Assembly: GCA_951406725.2 (NCBI GenBank)
Contig: OX597814.1
Span: 147,560,001 to 147,624,000 of the forward strand
Direction of reading: 5' to 3'
From: Octopus vulgaris
Taxonomy: Eukaryota
DNA length: 64,000 nucleotides
Both the position numbers and the translations under genes were made by a program. Positions 1 through 12,345 of this stretch are shown here, piece after piece. Within the stretch, counting starts at the first letter, position 1. Every line of letters begins with the position of its first letter. The notes under the pieces are model-generated. The model had not been told where the DNA came from, did no database searches, and was given only the letters and a program-made list of their open reading frames with translations.

Positions 1-9
1 CTGTAAATG

Positions 10-55
<46 letters not shown>

Positions 56-290
56 GGTGTGTGTGTTTGTGTGTGTATGTGTGTGTGCATACATACATGC
101 ATGCATATACACATGAGTGTTATACACTCTGGAATAGATAGTAGCTTTTGTCTACATTGAGTTCTCTAAAATTCAGACATGGTGTTTGTTTTCTTATAAT
201 AAGAAATATATTTTTACATTACTAATAAATATAAATACACCTGCATACACATAGCCACAGAGATACACACATATGCATACATATATACAA

Positions 291-344
<54 letters not shown>

Positions 345-384
345 AAGGATGGAGACAAATAAAAAGGAAGTAGAAAAAGAAAGT

Positions 385-424
<40 letters not shown>

Positions 425-3400
425 AGAACGAAAGATGAAGGAAAGAAAGAAGCAGAATATATGAGTTGGGATGCAAATAAATAGGTAGAATATGACCTGA
501 GGTCCAAAAGAGAGAAAAAGATGTAAATCGGTTGGTGACTTAAAGAAACTGAGACATCGTAAAGAAGAAAGTTAATATAATATAGAAGTAGAGTTAAAGA
601 AGCCCATAGAGAGAAAAGAAATGGATTTGACAGGAAGCTAATATGGCAGCTAGCAGGATATATGTTAGTAACATTTAACTTCATAATTGATGTATCGCTG
701 CAATCTCATATTAGCTTTGTTATTTACTAGAGAATTTCGTATGTGACTGTTGTTTATGCGGTTTTTCTTTAGCACAAAATAAAAATCTGATTGAACATGT
801 TTATGTATGATCAAAGGCAATCCAACCATGACTATCTCAGCTTTTTAAGGATATGTAGAGCTACGTTATTAAATTGTACAAGATTATTATCTGAAGTTAT
901 CTATTTTTTCATTGGCAACTGTGTATCATATTTCATAACTATTTTGTGTTTCTCTCAGTACTTCTTTGCTTGTATGGCCAACTCTGCTTTGCCACGGTCG
1001 CAGATATGTTTCTGATATTACATAAAAGTACACCATACTTGTCGAAAGGATGAAAATAATATTTTTCTGTATTAAGGATAATCATTAGATTTGAACAGAG
1101 AATATTAATTTTAATGATTGAAATTTCTGATTAATTTTCTTTCTTTCCATGTGCAGTAATAATCTATTTTTTAATTTGTTGCAAAATAATTGATTTTGTG
1201 TTTTGTTAAGACAAACGAAGAATATGAAAAATTATCCGAATTAATACTTGCGCTGGTGCCATCCTATGTCACTTGTAAACAGATTTTATAATGCAGGCAA
1301 AATGTGAATTCGTTAGGTTCGGGATAATTTCAATGGAAGAGTAGTTTAAATGGTATACTGTAGTTTTTGCTGTCTCTCACTCTCATCAACAATCCAACAA
1401 AGGCCATTAAGAAGTCACTGAATCAAATACTAGTTATGTTGCCCGAATACACTACTTTTCTATGAAACTCAGCTTTGTGTCTAAGGGAGAAAAATATATT
1501 TATTAGTGGTAAATCTGAGGAAAATGGCGTTTAAATTTATGTGAGATTTATGTTATTTGTGCCTTCATTTCATCAAGAAATATTTAGTTTCGAGATGGTC
1601 ACAAAGAGAAATGGTATCGATTCAGTTAATCAAAGTCATTACTAATGTCCATGGAAACATACAATTACGTGTATTCCATAGAAAGCTAGTGTGGCAAAAT
1701 TAACGCTGCCTAATTGGATGAGGATTCTAGAATAACGAACCACACCCAATGACGAACAAGAACTTGATCTGTACTGACAAAAAGGAAAAATCATTGTTTA
1801 TGAAGCAAGAAAATCAATTCCAGTGATTGAAATTTGAGGTTAATTTTGTTTGATTTAATGTGCAGCACAATATACTGTAATATTATATTTTTCAATTTGC
1901 TGTAAAATAATTTAAGTTCTTTTACGTTAAAAAATGAAGGATATCAATAATTGTCTGAAATAATCCTTCAGTTGACGCCTTCGTACATCTTATAAATCGA
2001 TTTTAGAAGCGCTCAGTCAGATGTTTGGTGTTTCATTTGACATCTGAATTAAGAACGGTAGCAATGTATGAAGTGACCCATTGAGATATAGTCGAGTATG
2101 AAATAAACCAAGTTATCACGAAGAACATAAATATTTAGGTTATTAAAAAATATTTTTGAAAATACATTAGAGATTACGTAACACTTTTGATATCCTTCAT
2201 TTTGAAAGCATTAATCAGCAGTCAATTAGGGATTCAGCTTGTCTAAGAAAATGAGCTCCATTTCAGTTCAGATATTTAACTTGGAAGAATTCCTTTGTAA
2301 AGTCAATATTATTTTCATTCTGTCAACCCCTTGAATTTCATTGGGAGAAATTTCAGTCGCACCAAGGTGTCTCATGTCAGCGTGTCTACTTTGATTTACT
2401 GTCAAAAAAGAAGCTGTGAATGATACTTATATTTCTACAGTTTAAATGCTATGGATACAGTGAAAAGTATTCGGAATAAGATATAATTTATCGAAGCTGT
2501 TCTAAATGTCAAATGTTTACAATAGAAATTATAATTAAACACTATGATTTCACCAGTGTTATTGGCGAGTAAACTCCTGAAAAGACCAAATCTAATATAA
2601 AACTACTTGAAGCACGTATTTTCGTAATATGAAACACAAACATCTGTGATTGTAATGTGGAAGAGCTAAATGCCCACTAAGCAACATTTTTTTAAAGGAA
2701 CGATAAAGTGAAATTGGTGACGTTAATCTTATTAGATGTATACAATGTTTTGATCGAAATTCGTGCTTCTTTTTTTTTTATTCTGACTTCATTCATAATT
2801 AGCTATTTTGTTGGACAAAGAGCAAAGGAAAATTACGTTCAAATGATCAGAAAATGCGATGTTGTGGACTATTATACAAAAAAATAAGAAAGAGGTCAGA
2901 CAAGTATCACGTCCCTCTGAAAGCGTTACGTGAGGACATATGATTTTCAGGCGCGACAAAAGTCAACAACTCTTAGAGAGAAGTGTGATTATGGAGAGAA
3001 GAGTTAGAAGATTTGCTTGAATTTTAAATTATATTTAATAGTGGAGTCGTGTTAACGACTGGACAACTAACTAGAAAACAAGTCATCGATTAAATATATA
3101 TTTTCATTCCTTCGACAGTTATAGAAGGTTTTAATATTATTAAACAAACCCGAGCACCAAATAGATTTAAATATATTTACCAACGCTGTTATGAGAAACT
3201 CACTAAGTAAATATAAAAATGTATATTTAAAGAAGACGCGGGAGGCGAAACATATGTATTAGACCGAGAGGTCTAATAAATATGTTGAGCTTTTTTGCTT
3301 GTTCTGATTTTCCTTCTGTATTTTGTTTATCCACTTTTTCTTTCAGAATTCAACTAATACATTTATGTACGCTTCTTTGTTAAATACCATTACGCCTTCC

Positions 3401-3547
3401 TTTAAATTTTCATCTTTAATTTTAGTTATTTTCGCAGTAGCAATATTAGGTTTTTCTTAATGTAGCGAGCTGACAGAATCGTTAACTGACCGACTTATAA
3501 GCTCCTGGCCTTGTGCCAAAATTTGAAGCCAACATTAGGTTTGTCTG

Positions 3548-3757
3548 AAGGCGGAGAGCTGGCAGAATAATTAGCAGGCCAGTGATTAGCGACATTTTGT
3601 CCATCTTTACTTTCTGAGTTCCAGTTCCGTCGTGGTTGACTTTACCTTTCAACCCTTCGGGTTCGATTAAATAAGTACCAGTACAACACTGGTGTCGTTG
3701 CAATCGACAAATACCCTCCCCGGAAATTGTTAGCCTTGTGCTAAAATTTGAAGCCAC
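3548..3757 (+). mobile_element. Degenerate tRNA-derived SINE ('ggcggagagctggcagaat...gactttacctttca...aagtaccag' family), preceded by a collapsed copy at about 3462-3530
   Basis: A-box-like head gagctggcagaat, body gactttacctttcaacccttcgggttcgattaaataagtaccag and tail ccttgtgctaaaatttgaagcca; same family as 3923-4092 and 34394-34605. Confidence 0.7.
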
Positions 3758-3922
3758 TATTCATGTCTTGATTTTAAAGACCACCCCGCTACCCCCACTT
3801 CATTAATAACAATAGCGTGAATGTATATATAACATATGTCAGATGTGATAGCGAGCAGCCCACTCAATGAGTTATAGTTTAACTGAGCATTCCGCTTACA
3901 TTTCCAACATTAACGTAACCGT

Positions 3923-4092
3923 CAGTATTTCTCTGTCGCTACATTCTGAGTCCAAATACCGCTGAGGTCGACTTTGCCTTTCATCCTTTCGGGGTCGATA
4001 TATTAAGTACTAGTTACGCACAGGGGTCGATCTAATCAACTAGCCCTGTCGCCAAAAATTTCAAGCCTTGTGCCTTTAGTAGAAAGGAAAAG
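3923..4092 (+). mobile_element. 5'-truncated SINE with 14-bp target-site duplication
   Basis: Body gaggtcgactttgcctttcatcctttcggggtcgat...aagtac; exact direct repeat attaacgtaaccgt at 3909-3922 and 4093-4106. Confidence 0.85.
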
Positions 4093-4335
4093 ATTAACGT
4101 AACCGTTAAGCAGAGTTGGTATAAGACATAGTGGGCAATGCTGGCTCTTTGAATCACTGATAGACTTCCTGTGAGGAGCTTCTACAGTTTTCTAGGTTCA
4201 TGCCCAAGTTATAGCTCGACCTGAATTAAAAGAAACTTGATAAGCATTCCTCGTAGTGGGATCGGATTGGAAAATCGATGATCCGATTTCAGTCTCACCG
4301 CCATTAATTTTGCTACACTTTTATTACTCAAAACC

Positions 4336-4575
4336 TCATTTGATATGTAGAACTTTGTGAATGAGGGAATTTGGAGTCGCTTCCCGCATTTGTGTTTTCT
4401 GCCGTGAGGTAGATTCATCCGGGACATCTTGACAAGGGGACATCCAGTTTTGTTTTGTAATGAGAATATTTGACATGTTTGTAAAGCGAACTACTTGATT
4501 GAAACGCGAAATTCTCAACCGCTCGACTGTTCCAGGTTCATTAAGGCGTATAACATCTGTAGTTGAATCATCTCC
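4336..4575 (-). CDS. Candidate terminal coding exon of an unidentified host gene (GDDSTTDVIRLNEPGTVERLRISRFNQVV...LIHKVLHIK*)
   Basis: Minus-strand acceptor gtttctcttttttcccctttggttAG followed by 79 open codons to TGA in unique, non-repetitive sequence. No homology recognised. Confidence 0.35.
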   Translation of the reverse strand, partial: GDDSTTDVIRLNEPGTVERLRISRFNQVVRFTNMSNILITKQNWMSPCQDVPDESTSRQKTQMREATPNSLIHKVLHIK

Positions 4576-5266
4576 CTAACCAAAGGGGAAAAAAGAGAAA
4601 CAAGAACCTTATTTAAAGTATCGTCAGACTGATGCTGAAACTGTGTACAGCAATTAATACCATTAATAATAGTTTCTCTAAAAGAAGCCAGTTACTCTTT
4701 ATCCCATTTACTTCTCAAAATACATTTAGTAATATATTTCAGTGAGGTCAGCCAGTAGAATTGAAAGTCTTTCGAAGTTTCCTAGCAATACCGATTCAGC
4801 AATTCACAGCTAATAATACATGGAGGAATCTGATCGTGTGTTTATTTGTATAGACACACACACATAGAAAGTCAAACACACGCACACACATACACACACA
4901 CGCACAAACACGCATACACACACACACACTCACACACACACACATATATCCTTCCAATCACACATACTTCATTCATACGTGTACTATAGCACCATCACCT
5001 TTTCAACATAATATCATTTGATATATGTTGACTGTCAGAACTTGTTGTTTGTCACCACAGAATAAAATACAATAAAATATTTATATTACATGCCAATAAT
5101 TGTATCTAAAAATTTACAGCTGCATGTATTTTATTCCAATACTTTCTATTATTTTTATACTTATTTGTAACATAATATCTTATATTACGCTTCTGTTCTT
5201 TCTATTTTATTCCGCAATAATTATTTAGCTTTGTATGCATTGTATATTGTGTGTACATATATAATA

Positions 5267-5302
<36 letters not shown>

Positions 5303-5309
5303 AATACAC

Positions 5310-5366
<57 letters not shown>

Positions 5367-5570
5367 AAATAGAAAGATGAATAATCTTGTAGTAGATTAA
5401 TCAAAAGTTTAACCGATACCTTAGTAGCAAAAATCACAGCAGTAAAACAGCACGGTTGGAGGTACAACCATATGGTGTTGCAACCGTGCGTTGGTGCGGA
5501 TAATTGAAATTAGAACATTATTGGTGAATTGAAGAAATGGAGCTGAACGCAGATTGAACAGAAATCGTTT

Positions 5571-5664
5571 TATTTCATTCTACACGTGTTTCGAAAGGCA
5601 CAAATTACCAAAATCCGATGGAATAATGGGACCATATTGTGTCTTTCTCTTCAGGAAGAAAATA
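5571..5664 (-). ncRNA. Type I hammerhead ribozyme in the PLE 3' pseudo-LTR (element sense strand)
   Basis: Exact reverse complement of the motif at 8139-8232. Confidence 0.85.
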
Positions 5665-6250
5665 GGAAATCCGTTGGAAAAACAAAAACAGAACAGAGGC
5701 GGAGCAAAAACAAATCGAACTATGCTCCTAAGAGCCCATGGCGAAACTGTTTATCAGTGTATGTTGAGAACCGGTGGCTGAAGAATTCAACGGGTCAAGC
5801 ATCGGTCAATCATGTGGGTGAGGGTGCGTAGATGTTCTTTGTGACCGAGAATAAAGTTCTGACTATTTAAAGAATATTGGATGTTTTATAAGGGGCGAGA
5901 AAAAATCTACTTAGAGACGTGTGTGTGTGTATACTGTTCTATATATGTGTGTGTTGGCGTAGGGGTAGAAAACATTTTTTGTGTACGTGTGTGCGTTTGA
6001 TCGTTCGGCTGTCAGTGGCTACTGCCGTGATAACCGTTGGGTGGCAGAAAAAAAAAATATATATATCATGTTTTATGTGTGTGTGTGTTCATCTAAGCCT
6101 GCCTTGTCAAGGAAACCCCCGCTGTGAAAAAACCAAGCCCCGTTTGTCTTACAGGAGTAATTCCCCTTGCAGTGGTTAATCGTAGATATCTTAAAGGCTA
6201 TTTCAGAATTTGTTACCAAGGGCTATGGGTGCCGGTATTATTTATAAACG

Positions 6251-7204
6251 CTATTTAAAAGCCAGATAAGTGTAACGCCGCCAATGTGGGCATCGAAAAG
6301 CCGACTGTAAAAGCCCGTTTACCATCCGGCCTCTGGCAAACAAAATATGGAAGAGTTCGGAGACACAAAGGTTGCACTGCCTTCTGCCCCTATCAAATGG
6401 GAGGGCCACCGACAAAATGGACCATTCCAGCCTGTAGCTTAAGTTCGTATCCTTCAGTCGCCATATTAGCTTACTGAGTCCCGTGGTCTGGCGCTTGTTC
6501 ATGTCCCGAAAAGTTGCGTAATGGTTGGAGACACGCAAAGACAATCTTGAGGATGAGGCCCCTACATAAGTGAAGACATCTGAGTCCGTGTAAACCTTGC
6601 ATTGGTAGACGGCGTTTTTGATCTTGGAGTTCGCCGACGTGAATCTAATTCTGCTAGGATTAGTTTCTGAAATTAGAACTGCGTTCCTGTCACTATATTC
6701 GTTCCGAGACCTGCAGCCGCTTACTACTCTATTTTCCACTACGTCACTATTAACTATAGGAATAACCCCTGATTCTCCACTATCTATCAAAGTGCTGTCA
6801 TTGCTACTGCCCGTGGTGCTGCTATAGCGGGAAATGATGCTGGGGATGCTATTGGGGCTCTCTACCCTACTCCCATTGTTACCTTCAACCACAACACCCC
6901 TATTTATAACTATACCCCTAGTGGGTACTCCCTGGCTGGAGCTGAGATTATGTGTCACTGTACTGGCTCTCATATCATTATTACTACTATAATTATTCCT
7001 ACTGAGCATTAAACCGGGAGCGGAAGAGGCTGTGCCTCCGGAAAAAGGTGATAGGGTCTTAGTAAGTAGCCTATTATTATGGGAGGCGATTATCTGGGCG
7101 AGGTTTTTAGTGTTGGAGAAAGCTATCCTAACTTTATGCGAGTTAACCGTGGAGTAATATTTGGAATTTCTGGGGAAGTTATTGGCGATGGCTTGTCTAA
7201 ACAT
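6251..7204 (-). CDS. PLE linker plus GIY-YIG endonuclease domain (open frame)
   Basis: AVYQC...TYVGAS...RVSNH...T.LSKLIW.LK...LEWSIL...CNLCVSE...MVN...CPH: PLE GIY-YIG pattern with conserved R, E and N positions. Confidence 0.85.
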   Translation of the reverse strand: MFRQAIANNFPRNSKYYSTVNSHKVRIAFSNTKNLAQIIASHNNRLLTKTLSPFSGGTASSAPGLMLSRNNYSSNNDMRASTVTHNLSSSQGVPTRGIVINRGVVVEGNNGSRVESPNSIPSIISRYSSTTGSSNDSTLIDSGESGVIPIVNSDVVENRVVSGCRSRNEYSDRNAVLISETNPSRIRFTSANSKIKNAVYQCKVYTDSDVFTYVGASSSRLSLRVSNHYATFRDMNKRQTTGLSKLIWRLKDTNLSYRLEWSILSVALPFDRGRRQCNLCVSELFHILFARGRMVNGLLQSAFRCPHWRRYTYLAFK

Positions 7205-8133
7205 GAGGGGGGGAGGTTAGTTCTAATCTGCTTACCAAAGGGGATTACAAACCATATATGCTTATTCCTATCAGTGTGATGGATCGGGACGCCAGCTCTC
7301 GCATTCGGGTGGGTGATTCTCGGATGAATAACGGGTCTTGGGTTAGTGTAAGACCTCCCGGACCGATAATTATCCTTGTTCGCTAAATTAAATGCGGGAG
7401 CGACTACCCCGGCATCCACCGCGCTCCCGTCCTTACTTAAAATGTTAATGTTATTATATACGGCCCTATCCTGATGACCGAATGATGGCATCGGAAGGGC
7501 CGGATCAATATAAATTACCTTCTGCCTATAACCGGCCTTGGATAGTGCGGCGTTATAAAATTCCGCTTTCTGCATAAAAATATCGGCACTGGCGGACAAG
7601 CCAGACAATCTTAGAGAGATGTTTTTAACCAAATTGTCTGTTACGGTTTTGGCATGATTTGAGAAGACACTGACATACTTCAAATTAGTGGAAGGCTTAT
7701 GGTAAGGGCAGTATGAGTCGCTATTAAGGTTAAGTGTAACGTCTAGGAAATTGGCCTCGGTGAGTTCATTATCAAAAACTATACTCATGCCCATTCTATT
7801 AAAAAACCTAGCTAACCTGCTCTTAGTTTTCTGCACTATTCTTGTTGTGAGCATGCACTATTCAAACTGAATGAACCTAGTACGGTTCTTATTGGGGATG
7901 GAAGAGAACCACTTCACTACCTGCGAGGAGTTGGCCCAGAGGCTGAGCTTCAGCTTGTTTACTAAACTAGGGATATATTTATCTAAAATGTACTTACTGA
8001 TTATCCCGATATCAGATCTAGCAGGGCATATGAGTCTTAGCGCTGGGTTGGTGTGGAAGTTCGGTTTATGGTCCTTCACTATAAATCTGGGTTGCTTAGG
8101 GCTAAGCGGCTGAGTTCTCATTTGAATTCGGTG
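7123..8133 (-). pseudogene. PLE reverse transcriptase remnant, missing the segment from motif A through motif C
   Basis: FIQFE* at about 7858 is joined directly to post-motif-C sequence (..KSRLARFFNRMGMSIVF..NFLDVTLNL); no YxDD; frameshift at the G7 run near 7206-7212. Confidence 0.85.
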
Positions 8134-8138
8134 TTTCC

Positions 8139-8232
8139 TATTTTCTTCCTGAAGAGAAAGACACAATATGGTCCCATTATTCCATCGGATTTTGGTAATT
8201 TGTGCCTTTCGAAACACGTGTAGAATGAAATA
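8139..8232 (+). ncRNA. Type I hammerhead ribozyme with intact core and palindromic stem III
   Basis: tattttcttc-CTGAAGA(8149-8155)-gaaag.cacaa...ttgtg.ctttc-GAAAC-acgt-GTA(8220-8222)-gaatgaaata. Stems I and II pair; stem III is the palindrome ACACGTGT. Confidence 0.85.
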
Positions 8233-8278
8233 AAACGATTTCTGTTCAATCTGCGTTCAGCTCCATTTCTTCAATTCA

Positions 8279-8408
<130 letters not shown>

Positions 8409-8654
8409 AAACAAACGGTACAGGAACACAGGCCGGCTAAATATCGCAAGAGGGATCTCTCTAAAATCTGTTTCCTGAAGAACTCCACTTCAATGAGCCT
8501 AAGTCCGCCGACTGTAAGGCTATCTGCAGGGTATGGCTCAACAATTGTTTGGCCCATTCAAGATATTTCCTACGCAAACACTTATCAACGAGGTGGTCAA
8601 AGGCGTTACAACAGCTCTGCACCTTAACAAACAACCCCATTCGTGACTAACATA

Positions 8655-8924
8655 TGCTTATGTACATGCCTGGTATACCAAATAAGATTCTCCAAATGCG
8701 GCAACCACTACATCAGTAGCACATCATGACCACTCCACATCCGAATTAAGATGTGTCTTACCAGCGACGCATCCTCCTTCTGCAAATACCTGACCATATG
8801 TAGCAACACCACGAAGGAGATAGACGCCTCCATACTAGGCACTGAGAATAACACTGGCAATTTATTTCTAAAAGACGCTCTGCTGATCCACTTCTTGAAA
8901 CCGAAAATTAACTGTCAATCATAA
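8655..8924 (+). pseudogene. Degenerate GIY-YIG endonuclease from a different PLE lineage (3' fragment, about 8406-8930)
   Basis: Manual translation: CLCTCLVYQIRFSKCGNHYISSTS*PLHIRIK...SSFCKYL..C...ILGTE...LFLKDALLIHFLKPKINCQS*. Confidence 0.75.
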
Positions 8925-9349
8925 TTGAGCCGGTGGTTCCTATAACAGCAAACCTACAGATGGTGAATGGCTTACAACAGTAGCCGAGGTTTGTTTACAC
9001 CAACAGTCGGACAGCCGACAACACTTAAAGGGTGACTTCCACTACTGCTACTGATATTACGCCGTCATACTACAAATGGTGAGTAGTTTATGATAACAGC
9101 TGGATGTTTGTCTTTTGTTTACACCAATGTGTGGGACGTCGATTACACCTACGTTTGGAGTGCGACTGCTGCCGTTACATAAACGCTGGAGAGTTCGAAT
9201 GGATTAACGGATTATACATAACTGGACTTTTCTTAGATTGTACTTTACTTCTGTGCCTTTGAGAGCATGAAATATAAAGGTTTTATTAAACTTTCCGTAT
9301 TGTCAAAAGCTGTCTGTCTTCACTCTTTTTACATTCTTCGATATTACAA

Positions 9350-10202
9350 TGAGAATGACAACCCCATGACTGACCGAGTGTAGGGAGTCGAGAATCAGAC
9401 AAACCCAGTAAAAACGGAAATACCTTGGATATGAATACGGTTATTCCTTCGAACAGCGAACCTAGTGCAAACAACTTTGGATGTAAGCTGTGCTGTAGGA
9501 CCTTTGCAACCGAGAGAAGCTTGAAGATACATCGGGGAAAGGCTTGTAAGAAGAGGACAGATCAGTGTAGATAATCTGATCGTAAAACACGTTGCAAATC
9601 ATCCCCGGACTCAAACCACAGCGGATCGATAATTGCTATAGCAACGACCTCTTCTCGTCAGGAAACTGAAGGTTATGAAACACGTGCATTAGATAGTACT
9701 CGGAGGAAACCGTTGGTTTTGTGGCCTGCTGCTAATGAGAAAGGAAATTATAAAGAGTTTGAAAACAAGGTATGTCGAGCTCTTTATAAAATGACTGGAT
9801 CTACAGTGGAGAAACTGGGAAAGTTAACAAGTTCAATATACGATACAGGAAAAGAATTACGCTGCGTGAGATGACTGTTGTTATCGATAGGCCTAGCTCA
9901 TCGTTAAGTAAATATCCTCATGACCCATATCCAGACTACAGTGGAAAAGGTTAACCACTGGATTTGGGTAAAAAGAGACGATGAGCTTATTTGGTAACCA
10001 GTTGATCTAGCAAGCGGGGTTTTATATCAGTGAGTGTGTATAGGAGGTACAGTACGCATTGATGCCGTCGAGAGGTAGGTCCCGAAATGGCGCACATTCT
10101 CTCCTGATGATCCCATACACTTGCTGGCTTCCGGTATGCGGAGCTTTCGACTGGTAGCACTTGAATATGCAAAACAAAAATTCTTCATTCAATCTACAAC
10201 TC
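9350..10202 (+). mobile_element. Internally deleted HERO-type (R2-group) non-LTR retrotransposon
   Basis: 9431-9859 reads CKLCCRTFATERSLKIHRGKAC..*..NHS...RRKPLVLWP...KLGKLTSSIYDTGKE (N-terminal zinc finger and WP motif); 9914-9997 reads QTTVEKVNHWIWVKRDDELIW* (HERO-like C-terminus); followed by a 3' UTR. Confidence 0.75.
10036..10120 (+). ncRNA. Permuted/pseudoknotted hammerhead-like motif in the HERO 3' UTR
   Basis: tgccGTC-gagag ... gtccc-GAAA-tggcg ... ctctc-CTGATGA-tcccatacac, with complementary partners for stems I and III; stem II is split. Confidence 0.55.
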
Positions 10203-11417
10203 ATATATATATAAAACGAAGGTAGTTATAAATAATATAAAAACGAAGGAAGAATTCAATTGTCGCAAAATGTAACTGACAGAGCAGGATATCACCTACA
10301 TTGTTAGAAATAAGATGTATAAAGCCATTTAACTGCAAAGAAGGACAAGTCTATGTACTGACAGGGGAGTTAACCGCCCCACAACGAATGAGATCATCAA
10401 GATTCACTTGAAATTAAAGCTCTTCAGTGATAGCTACTCTATTGCTGAATGGTTTGGTAAAATCCCGGCTGTCGGTGTATCGTATTTATATGAATCAATG
10501 GCTGATTGGGCAAAATGGTAATGTGAAAATTGTAAATAAAGGCGGCTATACGCAATATAAAATCAAAAAGGAAGAATTGAATTGTCACTAATTGCGACTG
10601 ACGCTGCAAAAATAAGAGGTAAAAAGCTTCTTAGACGCAAAGAACCACACTTCTATGTACAGACAGAGGTAATAATATATGTAAAAGAAACTGCGATATA
10701 CACACATTTTTACCATTTTATTCCCTACGTATGTTTTCCCATTATGGTTATCTGTAATATCTGCAATCGAAGTAGGAAGGTCAGTTTAAAGCTCAGCAAC
10801 AGCATCTCACTAGAGGATCACTTTATTTCATTAAGTTACAGAGATCAAATGCCTCTGATTTAATCTTTGCAACATAATACAATGTAGTACTACTCTGGTA
10901 ATCTGTTTCAGCACTGATTTGCACTTTGAACGTCCAATGCAGAAATTGGCGCTAACATCGATGGAGAAACGTACAGAGGGAAAAAATAGTAAAAACTAGT
11001 GCGAATTGTAAATTGTGCTACATTTCCTCTGTATATTATGCTCATTAATTCTAATTAGTACGGTAATAATCACGCCATTGTACGAGAAGTAGACTGGATG
11101 ATAATAAGCTACGTGACGCTCAAGACTTAAAAGTAGCTATCGTAATCTAATTATAAAAGATCAATACTTTATAAAATATATATACATATATATTATATCG
11201 GAGCGATTGCAGCCCTACAGTATATGTTAGGTGCTTTGTAACAGCATTAGAACGTTTTAGCGCCTATTTCTAGCAATGTAGGTGTTATTCACACCCTTAG
11301 TCACGTTTACTTGGCGACTATAATTTTCTTTTACGGTATAATATTGCAAATAGCTGTTTTTATTAACTTTTTGCATACTCATTAGCGATCTGCTAAATTA
11401 TCCATTCATTTTAATGA

Positions 11418-11478
<61 letters not shown>

Positions 11479-11574
11479 TGAGAGGGAATCCACTAAAAGT
11501 GATATAAATATATATATCAGACTATATGTTTTCGCATGTATAAGTATATATATGTTTACATATATATATATATG

Positions 11575-11975
<401 letters not shown>

Positions 11976-12001
11976 CTATATATATTCGTACATGCATTTA
12001 A

Positions 12002-12032
<31 letters not shown>

Positions 12033-12037
<5 letters not shown>

Positions 12038-12345
12038 AATCCAAACGGGAAACAAAAAAACAACAACAATGGAACAATTACAGTATTATTATTAATAGGC
12101 GCTCAGGAAATGGAAGCAGGGAGGTATGACGTTTCGAGCGGAGCTCTTCGTCGGAGACATAAAGAAGGAGAGAGAGGAAAGAAAGATCCCAGAGCGGGCA
12201 ACGGGGATAGAGAAAAAAAAAACGACTGGTGTTTAGGAGTTACACATGGTGAAAGGCGGATGTTTACGATAACAAGAGCAAAGTGGGTTTTTAAAGGCAA
12301 AAGAGTGGAGACAAGGTTGGTAACGCAACAGATGTGTGTGTATGT
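12033..12345 (-). mobile_element. PLE pseudo-LTR-like fragment with minimal HHR variant at 12124-12158
   Basis: Minus strand: gtct-CCGACGA-a-gagc tcc gctc-GAAAC-GTC-atac; related copies at 30296-30480 and 37751-37960. Confidence 0.6.

Noticed and set aside
8134-8217. N-terminus MFRKAQ... of ORF 7858-8217 and its twin ORF 5586-5831
   Set aside because: Antisense reading of the pLTR/ribozyme, fused in frame by the inversion junction at 8133.
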